35,641 nt of DNA from Planctomycetota bacterium (GTDB lineage: Bacteria > Planctomycetota > Planctomycetia > Pirellulales > Pirellulaceae): assembly GCA_036124135.1 (NCBI GenBank), contig JAZADA010000342.1:1-35641 (forward strand). Direction: 5' to 3'. The notes under the pieces were generated by a model. That model worked only from the letters and a program-made list of their open reading frames with translations, was not told where the DNA came from and did no database searches. Both the position numbers and the translations under genes were made by a program. Positions 17,560 to 24,334 of the stretch are shown in pieces (position 1 is the stretch's first letter; the number at the start of each line of letters is the position of its first letter).

Positions 17560-18003
17560 ATGAAAGAGCGTCGTCGACGAAAATTACTGGCAGAACCACC
17601 GGCGAGTGCCACCGGTGATATTGCCTTTAACCTGATCGTGTTTTTCCTGGTTTGTGCCTCGGTGCAACCGGATAGTGGGCGCGAGCAGACACTGCCACGA
17701 AGTGAAGAAGAGGAAAACCAGCAGCAACCCGCTGAGAATATTAAAGTGCAACTGACACGTGATGCCGTCTATCTTAACGGGAGCGTGATGCCTCCTGCTG
17801 ACTTCCCAGGTAACTTTCGGCAAGGTCTTAGTCGGGCCCTGTCCAAGGCCACCCGGCAGTCGGATCGTGTCGTGGTGGTCAAGAGTAAACCAGAGACTCC
17901 TTACTCCTATTGGATTACGATTACCGAGTTGATCGAACAGGCGGGCGGGGTCGTGACCATCCAGCGTGAAGAAGAAGAAGAAGTCATCGTCCCTGGGACC
18001 TAA
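17560..18003 (+). CDS. ExbD/TolR-family protein (paralog 1)
   Basis: 147-aa ORF starting 3 nt after the ExbB-like stop. The N-terminus has a basic stretch followed by a TM segment with the conserved Asp (ATGDIAFNLIVFFLVCA; D20 codon at 17617-17619). The periplasmic domain (IKVQLTRDAVYLNG...VVVVKSKPETPYSYWITITELIEQAGG) matches the family fold pattern. It ends in an acidic tail (REEEEEVIVPGT). Confidence 0.88.
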   Translation: MKERRRRKLLAEPPASATGDIAFNLIVFFLVCASVQPDSGREQTLPRSEEEENQQQPAENIKVQLTRDAVYLNGSVMPPADFPGNFRQGLSRALSKATRQSDRVVVVKSKPETPYSYWITITELIEQAGGVVTIQREEEEEVIVPGT

Positions 18004-18007
18004 CGCA

Positions 18008-18013
18008 GAGGAG
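18008..18013 (+). promoter_or_regulatory. Shine-Dalgarno-like GAGGAG for the second ExbD gene
   Basis: GAGGAG lies 6 nt upstream of the ATG at 18020. This supports 18020 over the track start at 17966. Confidence 0.6.
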
Positions 18014-18019
18014 AACCTG

Positions 18020-18424
18020 ATGAAAATCAAGCGTCGTTCTTCCCAGGCGGAAGTACCCAGCATGGCGATGGGAGATATTGCCTTTAACCTGCTGATTTTT
18101 TTCGTGATCCTGGCGCGTGCCGAGGATGACAGCCACTTGCACTGGGAGCCCGCCGTGGCCACGGAGATCACGGCGTCCGGAGCCGCGCGGGTGGCAGTAT
18201 TAATTGATAGTGATAACAAGTTTTACGTGAATGGTCAGCAAGTCGGAGAGTCCCAGCTGGCTGGCGAGATTGATGCACTACTGGGCGATGCACCGGCCGG
18301 TGAACGCGTCGTACTGTTAAAAGCGCACAAGGATGCCCAGGCCATGTACTTTGAGCCCGTGATCGAGGCGATTAGTGAAAAAGGCGGGGACCTGGTGCAC
18401 GTACTTGAACAAAGGCAGGAATAA
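18020..18424 (+). CDS. ExbD/TolR-family protein (paralog 2)
   Basis: I prefer the start at 18020 (MKIKRRSSQAEVPSMAMGDIAFNLLIFFVILA), which retains the conserved TM Asp. Periplasmic domain: VAVLIDSDNKFYVNGQQV...VVLLKAHKDAQAMYFEPVIEAISEKGG. The track start at 17966 would overlap the upstream gene and add a poly-Lys leader. Confidence 0.88.
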   Translation: MKIKRRSSQAEVPSMAMGDIAFNLLIFFVILARAEDDSHLHWEPAVATEITASGAARVAVLIDSDNKFYVNGQQVGESQLAGEIDALLGDAPAGERVVLLKAHKDAQAMYFEPVIEAISEKGGDLVHVLEQRQE

Positions 18425-18427
18425 ATC

Positions 18428-18907
18428 ATGAATGATACAGGACAATCGGATCATCGACCTGGCGGCAGCGGCATAGGTCGCGATCTGCGTTCGGTACGAG
18501 ACAATGGGACCGCTTCCCTGCACGAGCTGCGGGAATTTATCACCCAGCTGAAAGGCCGCCGCCCCCAGGAGGTGATGGGAATCGTGACCGGGAATGGCCT
18601 GGTGCAGGGTGTCATGATCTCGACAGCCAGTTTCGTTGTGCTCCTGCTGCTCTTTACGGCAATCCCGTTTTTCATGCCTGGTAAGGAACCCGTGGCTGAC
18701 AAGGCAACGGCTCCTGCGGCCAAGGCAGAAGCAACTCAGTCCACGGGCCAGACGCAGGCGGATAACAAGGAACAGGAGCAGGCCGGGGCAAAGACGGCTG
18801 GAGAAAATGTCTCGAATGCACTTGGCATCGGGGAAACGAAGGCCTCCAGCCTGGAAGAGAATCCCTTAGAAAACAAACTGGATAACCTGCTGGACGACGT
18901 GGAGTAA
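18428..18907 (+). CDS. Single-pass membrane protein with an A/K/E/Q-rich low-complexity ectodomain (TolA/TonB position, no TonB C-terminal domain)
   Basis: 159-aa ORF starting 3 nt after the ExbD2 stop. It has one hydrophobic segment (VMISTASFVVLLLLFTAIPFFM). This is followed by ADKATAPAAKAEATQSTGQTQADNKEQEQAGAKTAGE...LENKLDNLLDDVE. I recognise no family. Confidence 0.7.
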   Translation: MNDTGQSDHRPGGSGIGRDLRSVRDNGTASLHELREFITQLKGRRPQEVMGIVTGNGLVQGVMISTASFVVLLLLFTAIPFFMPGKEPVADKATAPAAKAEATQSTGQTQADNKEQEQAGAKTAGENVSNALGIGETKASSLEENPLENKLDNLLDDVE

Positions 18908-18921
18908 CAGGAACCCTGGTC

Positions 18922-20403
18922 ATGTCATTACCGACCTTGCGAAATCGAAACGAGCTCGGAGGCGCCATCCTGGTTGGCCTCGTCTGGGCTGCCATCGTCA
19001 TTGATTGGCTGTGGGTTTTGATGCTGCCGTCGATAATCCAGTATTCGCTGCTGGGAGCGATTGCCATCGCCAGCATGGCCTGGTTGATACGATGCTATTT
19101 CGTCCACGGTGCCAGAACTCCCTGGTTCTGGGTGGTTTTCACGATCACGTTTCCCGTCTTCTGGCAGTTCCTGCTTTACAATGCAGACCAGTTTGATTTC
19201 GAATTGCTGCGCAGTTACGTGGCACGTACGGGCCTGGTGATGCTGTTCCTCATCGGACTGCTGTGGAATATCTGGGGCGTGGAACAGATTGCCCAGCGCA
19301 TCGAGTCGGAACGTCGCCAGTACCAGGAGTTTGACCTCCAGGAAGTACTGCAGCAGAAGCAGCGCATCACGAAAGTTGATACCTGGAATCCGTTTGATCC
19401 GGCGGCCTGGTATTACGGTCGCAAGTCGCCGCGGTTGAACCAGTCCGTGTCTGGCTTCGTTACCTATAGCTACCTGTTTATCATGGTCTGCATGATCTTG
19501 AGCCAGGTGAGAGGCTGTACCCGGTATTACGATTTACCGGCCGGGGGTGGAGAGCAGCAGACCGTGGCCCAGGTCGTGAAGGTCCAGAAAATTATCCGCA
19601 AGAAATTCGTTGTGAATCCTTACAGCGCCATCCTGTTTGATATCCCGGAAATTGATGAGGTCAAGCTGGAGTTGAACGAGGCGACTGCGCACCAGTACAA
19701 GATCGGTTACGGGGAAGGTGAAGGCGCGGGATTCGCCGGGGGGACCTCCAAGGGCGTGGTCGCTCTCTATCGGCTGGAATATCCCGGTGGTGACTGGGAC
19801 CAGGACTTTGGTATCGGTGGTGACATGAACATGTTGATCAAGTACCAGGAGTTGACATCCCAGAAAATTGACAAGCAAACCAGGGCGGTGACGCCAGCGC
19901 AACTGGGAACCTTTGACACGATTCGTTGTCCACCCCTCATCTATATTACGGGCCAGGGTACGATTTCCCTGGGCAAGAATGATATCAAGATCTTGAAGGA
20001 CTATATCAATAACAAGCATGGTATGCTGTTCGGAGATAATGGGGGCAGCAAGCATTTCGACAGACAGTTCAAGAGTATGATGCAGGCGATTGCACCTGAT
20101 GTGAAACCGGTACTGATTCCAGCGGATGACAAGATCCATCGAGTGCCGTTTACGATTCCCAAGTTTCCTTACGTGGCACCGCACGGTGGCACGCAGGCAA
20201 TGGGATGGTTCAAGGACGGACGCTGGATCTGTTACTACCATCCCGGGGATATCGGAGATGCCTGGGCGGATGGCCACGCTGGTATTGCGCCCGAGGTATG
20301 GAACATGTGTTACCGACTGGGAGTGAATGTTATTAATTATGCCCATGCCGAGCATGCCAAGTGGCGCATGGCACAAGCCAAAAAGAAGGGTGACAAGGGA
20401 TGA
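18922..20403 (+). CDS. Polytopic membrane protein with a C-terminal DUF4159-like domain
   Basis: 493-aa ORF with about five N-terminal hydrophobic helices (ILVGLVWAAIVIDWLWVLML, LLGAIAIASMAWLI, WFWVVFTITFPVFWQFLLY, GLVMLFLIGLLWNIWGV, FVTYSYLFIMVCMIL). The C-terminal region matches the DUF4159 pattern: PPLIYITGQGTISLGKNDIKILKDYINNKHGMLFGDN, FDRQFKSMMQAIAPDVKPVLIPADDKIHRVPF, YYHPGDIGDAWADGH, YRLGVNVINYA. Confidence 0.85.
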   Translation: MSLPTLRNRNELGGAILVGLVWAAIVIDWLWVLMLPSIIQYSLLGAIAIASMAWLIRCYFVHGARTPWFWVVFTITFPVFWQFLLYNADQFDFELLRSYVARTGLVMLFLIGLLWNIWGVEQIAQRIESERRQYQEFDLQEVLQQKQRITKVDTWNPFDPAAWYYGRKSPRLNQSVSGFVTYSYLFIMVCMILSQVRGCTRYYDLPAGGGEQQTVAQVVKVQKIIRKKFVVNPYSAILFDIPEIDEVKLELNEATAHQYKIGYGEGEGAGFAGGTSKGVVALYRLEYPGGDWDQDFGIGGDMNMLIKYQELTSQKIDKQTRAVTPAQLGTFDTIRCPPLIYITGQGTISLGKNDIKILKDYINNKHGMLFGDNGGSKHFDRQFKSMMQAIAPDVKPVLIPADDKIHRVPFTIPKFPYVAPHGGTQAMGWFKDGRWICYYHPGDIGDAWADGHAGIAPEVWNMCYRLGVNVINYAHAEHAKWRMAQAKKKGDKG

Positions 20404-22022
20404 TCAAGCAGAAATTCACGGGATGGATGATTCTCGCCGCGATACTGGTATTGCCATCTTCGCTGCAGGCGCAGAAAAACCTGGAAATCATGTCCCTGGA
20501 ACGCTGGGCCAAGCTGCGAGAGGTGGAACGGTACCAGCTGAATATTGCCGAGAAGTATTACAAGGAAGGGAAATATAAGGTCGCCCTGACCGAGTACGAG
20601 AAATACCTGGCACTCTACGAACGAAGCGAGGCGGCTCCCTATTCCCAGTTGAAGTGGAGTCTTTGCCTGAACCAGTTACGTCGCCAGAACACGGCGATCA
20701 AGGAAGGCTTCCAGTCGGTGATCGACTATTGGCCTGATGCTCCCGAAGCAGCCAAGGCGTCGTACTTGATGAGCCGGACCTACGTGACCATTGGTCGTAT
20801 TCCCACGGCCAAGAAAGCGTACCAGCGGACGATCACCGATTATCCCAAGGATCCCGTGGCGGTCTATTCGCTCAATGGGTTGGCGGAGATCGCGATCGCG
20901 GAAAAAGATGAAAAGAGCCTGCTCAAGATCCGCAAACGCCTGGTCTTTGATATCCCGCGCAACAAGGCCGTGGCAGGGACCTGTGCCACGGCAGCGACTT
21001 CGCTGGCCGGCTATTACTTTGCCAAGGGGATGTTTGATGATGGCCTGAAGTGCCTGGCAACCAATTACAAGGACAAGCAACTGACCTACTACGTTTATTA
21101 CTACGTCCGTTCTCCGATCAGCACACTGGTGGGAAAGGAAGAAACCCAGGCGCTGGGTCACAAGTTGGCAGATCGGTCGGTGGCTCACCTGAAAGCAGAT
21201 TTTATCACCGACTATTCCACCGAGGAACTCAAGAAAGCGGCCATGACGGAATGGTACCAGCTGATCGCAGTCGAGATGAGCGCGCGGCGAGATGACAAGG
21301 TGCTGGCCGCCTATAACACGATGCTCAAGGTCTTTGGTTCCAGTGATGAAGTCCTGGGACGGCTGGGTGACTACCATGCAGGGCAGCTGCGTTACGAACA
21401 GGCTCGCGCGATTTACCGGAAGTTCAAGGATCAGGTCCAGGGACTATCCAGGATTGCGGCCAGTTACCGAGGTGAAAAGAAACCGGCCGAGGCGATCAAG
21501 ATTTACCAGCAATTGGCAGGCCAGGATCGAGAAAATGCAGCTTCCTGGAAAGGACAGCAAGCTGCTACCTACCGGGAATCCAGTCAGTATCCAGAAGCGA
21601 TCAAGGTTTACCGGGAATTGCTCCAGTCCGACGCTGCGAACGTGCAGACCTGGCTCTGGGCACTGGCCACCACGCAAGAGGATGCCGGGTTGCTCAAGGA
21701 AGCCATTGGGGCTTATCGGCAGTGTGATAATTTCCCAAACAATTACAGGGAGATGGCTGATTGCCACCTGCGTTTGAAGCAGTACAACGAAGCCCTCGTT
21801 CTCTATAACCAGATCCGCCAGGGGCATGAAGCCTCTGCTCCCTGGGCCCAGTTGCAGATTGGCTATACCTATGAAAAGCTCAAGGCCACGGAACCAGCTA
21901 TCAAGGCGTTTCAATTGTGTTGCAAGAAATACCCTACCGCCTCGTCAGCCAGCAAGGCCCACGCGCATTTGCAGAACAAGTACAAGATTTCAGTGACTCT
22001 CGGTGGCGCTACCAAGGAGTAA
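20400..22022 (+). CDS. Secreted TPR-repeat protein
   Basis: 540-aa ORF whose ATG overlaps the upstream TGA (ATGA at 20400-20403). It has a signal peptide (MIKQKFTGWMILAAILVLPSSLQAQ). TPR-like periodicity runs throughout, for example AEKYYKEGKYKVALTEYEKYLALY, DYWPDAPEAAKASYLMSRTY, DYPKDPVAVYSL and MADCHLRLKQYNEALVLYNQI. Confidence 0.9.
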   Translation: MIKQKFTGWMILAAILVLPSSLQAQKNLEIMSLERWAKLREVERYQLNIAEKYYKEGKYKVALTEYEKYLALYERSEAAPYSQLKWSLCLNQLRRQNTAIKEGFQSVIDYWPDAPEAAKASYLMSRTYVTIGRIPTAKKAYQRTITDYPKDPVAVYSLNGLAEIAIAEKDEKSLLKIRKRLVFDIPRNKAVAGTCATAATSLAGYYFAKGMFDDGLKCLATNYKDKQLTYYVYYYVRSPISTLVGKEETQALGHKLADRSVAHLKADFITDYSTEELKKAAMTEWYQLIAVEMSARRDDKVLAAYNTMLKVFGSSDEVLGRLGDYHAGQLRYEQARAIYRKFKDQVQGLSRIAASYRGEKKPAEAIKIYQQLAGQDRENAASWKGQQAATYRESSQYPEAIKVYRELLQSDAANVQTWLWALATTQEDAGLLKEAIGAYRQCDNFPNNYREMADCHLRLKQYNEALVLYNQIRQGHEASAPWAQLQIGYTYEKLKATEPAIKAFQLCCKKYPTASSASKAHAHLQNKYKISVTLGGATKE

Positions 22023-22040
22023 TCTCCAGAAGGATTTACA

Positions 22041-22571
22041 ATGCCCAGATCACTTTCCTGGTTACTGGTGGTATTACTGTTGGCCATCGCTGGCGTGGTC
22101 GGCCTGTGGACCTCGCAGCGTGCCCATCGTTACTACTATCCGGATATTCCCAGCGAGTTATATACAGGCACCGATTTTCCCCTCGATCGTGAGTTCGAGA
22201 GAACCGGACGCTATGAGATCAGTTGCGATGCAGCCCTGGATGATGTGATTTTCAAAGTTGTCGCGGAAAAAACGGGAGCAGCCGTCGAGGTGCATGAATT
22301 CAACTTCTGGACCCGCTTGTGTCATACCAGTGAATACCGTGGATATGGGTTTTCCATCGAGCAGCCGGGGCTTTACGAACTGACAGCTTCGTCGTTGCCA
22401 GCTGGGACCGAAGTGCATTTTGGTTTCGTGGATACCCCTGCCATCGCTCGGTGGATGTATATCGGGATTCTTCTCGGATCCAGCCTGGCTGGACTGGCCT
22501 TCCTGCTGCTCTATGGACTGATGATAGGGAGCCTGCCAGCGCAGGACCTCACACCACCTCCCGTTGAATAA
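22041..22571 (+). CDS. Small bitopic membrane protein of unknown function
   Basis: 176-aa ORF starting 18 nt after the TPR gene. It has an N-terminal TM segment (LSWLLVVLLLAIAGVVGLW) and a C-terminal TM segment (WMYIGILLGSSLAGLAFLLLYGLMIG). These flank a beta-looking domain of about 110 aa. I recognise no family. Confidence 0.65.
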   Translation: MPRSLSWLLVVLLLAIAGVVGLWTSQRAHRYYYPDIPSELYTGTDFPLDREFERTGRYEISCDAALDDVIFKVVAEKTGAAVEVHEFNFWTRLCHTSEYRGYGFSIEQPGLYELTASSLPAGTEVHFGFVDTPAIARWMYIGILLGSSLAGLAFLLLYGLMIGSLPAQDLTPPPVE

Positions 22572-22700
22572 TCCTGGTTGGGTGTTCAAGCGTCGAGGAC
22601 AGGTTAAGTTTCCATGAATGCTGCTGGTTCAATGCCATGGCAACCGTTAGACTTGGCGGACAACAGAGGATCAGGAATTATTGGATACGGAGAATGATTT

Positions 22701-24290
22701 ATGTGGGATCGATCAGATATTAGTAGTTCCGTTCGTTTCGAGGGTGGGATCAGCCGCCGTCTGTTTCTTGCTTATGGGAGTGCGCTCTCCTCGATCCCGT
22801 TGCTTGGTATTACCAGCCGTGCCGAGGAAAATCCCCGGTTTAGCAGTACTCCCTTTTCGTTGGGCGTGGCTTCGGGTGATCCGGACAGCCATGGCATGGT
22901 CCTCTGGACCAGGCTGGCTCCTAAACCCCTGGTGCCCGGTGGTGGTATGCCTCCCCAGGCCGTGGAGGTTGCCTGGCAGGTTGCCGAGGATGAGGCGATG
23001 AAGAAGGTCGTGGCTTCCGGGACTACGATCGCTACCCCGCAACTTGGACATTCCGTGCACGTGGAAGTCAGTAATCTCAAGCCAGATCGCTGGTACTGGT
23101 ATCGCTTTCGGGCAGGCAATGCGGAAAGCCCGATCGGTCGTACGCGAACCATGCCGAATCCCACGGTGATGCCCAAGCAGTTGAAGTTCGCTTTCGCTTC
23201 CTGCCAGAACTACGAGCAGGGACTGTTCACGGCCTATGAGCAGATGGCACGAGATGACGTGGACCTCGTCTGTCACCTGGGAGATTACGTCTACGAGTAC
23301 GAGTCGGGGCGCAACGGAAAGGTTCGCACGCACCAGGGTCCGGAAATCCAGTCGCTGTCCGATTATCGTATCCGACATGCCCAGTACCGGGCTGATCCGC
23401 TGTTGCATGGGATGCATGCCCAATGTCCCTGGTTCGTGACCTGGGATGATCACGAGTTTGATAATAATTGCGCGGATGATATCTCGGAGGAAGCGGGAAT
23501 CGATCCGGTGGTTTACCTGAACCGACGAGCGGCTGCCTACCAGGCCTATTACGAGATGATGCCACTGCGAGCAGGTTCGTTACCCCGTGGGCCTCACATG
23601 AAGCTCTACCGGCAGGCATCCTTTGGACGACTGGCCCAATTCATGGTGCTTGATGAACGGCAATATCGAAGTGATCAGCCGAATAACGATGGAAAGCATC
23701 CGCTTAATGCTGCGGCCTTGAACCGGGAGCAGTCGATGCTGGGCAGCAAGCAACGAAACTGGTTGACGCGGTCCCTGCTCCAGTCTCGCAGTACCTGGAA
23801 CGTATTGGCCCAGCAACTCATGATGGGCATGGTAGGATTTCCCGGTAATACACCGAACCCGGTCTATTCGATGGACCAATGGCCCGGGTGTGCGGCGGAA
23901 CGAATGCAGTTGATGCGATTCCTGAAGGAACGTCGTGTTCCCAATCCCGTCGTCCTGACCGGCGATATTCATTCCAACTGGGTAAACGAGCTAAGGATCG
24001 ATGACCGGCAACCGGAACAGCCGGTCGTGGCGACTGAATTCGTGGGTACCTCGATTTCCAGCGGTGGCAATGGAACTGCTAAACCAGCAGGACTTGATGA
24101 CCTGCTGGCCGGGAACCCGTGTATCAAGTTCCACAACAGGGAACGTGGTTACGTGCGCTGCACCGTGACGCCCGGTACGTGGACCAGCGATTACATGGTC
24201 GTTGATGACGTCCTGGAGCCGGGCGGTAAGGTTTCCAGGAGAGCTTCCTTCGTCGTGGAAGCAGGAGATCCCACGGTAAAATCAGGCTAG
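22701..24290 (+). CDS. phoD: PhoD-family alkaline phosphatase/phosphodiesterase with a Tat signal
   Basis: 529-aa ORF with a Tat-like N-terminus (ISRRLFLAYGSALSS). PhoD strings: PFSLGVASGDPDSHGMVLWTRL, WYWYRFRAG, FAFASCQNYEQGLFTAY, LVCHLGDYVYEY, PWFVTWDDHEFDNN, MVLDERQYRSDQ, VVLTGDIHSNWV. Confidence 0.92.
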   Translation: MWDRSDISSSVRFEGGISRRLFLAYGSALSSIPLLGITSRAEENPRFSSTPFSLGVASGDPDSHGMVLWTRLAPKPLVPGGGMPPQAVEVAWQVAEDEAMKKVVASGTTIATPQLGHSVHVEVSNLKPDRWYWYRFRAGNAESPIGRTRTMPNPTVMPKQLKFAFASCQNYEQGLFTAYEQMARDDVDLVCHLGDYVYEYESGRNGKVRTHQGPEIQSLSDYRIRHAQYRADPLLHGMHAQCPWFVTWDDHEFDNNCADDISEEAGIDPVVYLNRRAAAYQAYYEMMPLRAGSLPRGPHMKLYRQASFGRLAQFMVLDERQYRSDQPNNDGKHPLNAAALNREQSMLGSKQRNWLTRSLLQSRSTWNVLAQQLMMGMVGFPGNTPNPVYSMDQWPGCAAERMQLMRFLKERRVPNPVVLTGDIHSNWVNELRIDDRQPEQPVVATEFVGTSISSGGNGTAKPAGLDDLLAGNPCIKFHNRERGYVRCTVTPGTWTSDYMVVDDVLEPGGKVSRRASFVVEAGDPTVKSG

Positions 24291-24334
24291 ATCATGGATC
24301 GCTGGATGACCTTGTAACCAAAGGAATATCTGTC

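Noticed and set aside
17967-17985. A GAA-rich simple-sequence run (gaagaagaagaagaag) at the 3' end of exbD paralog 1. I considered it as a slippage or phase-variation tract.
   Set aside because: It is short, in frame and encodes an oligo-Glu tail. I see no evidence of length polymorphism in a single sequence, and the trinucleotide periodicity would preserve the frame anyway.
22614-22697. A 27-codon ORF (MNAAGSMPWQPLDLADNRGSGIIGYGE) in the gap between the motor cluster and phoD.
   Set aside because: It has no ribosome-binding site, no hydrophobic or otherwise distinctive character, and a length compatible with chance.
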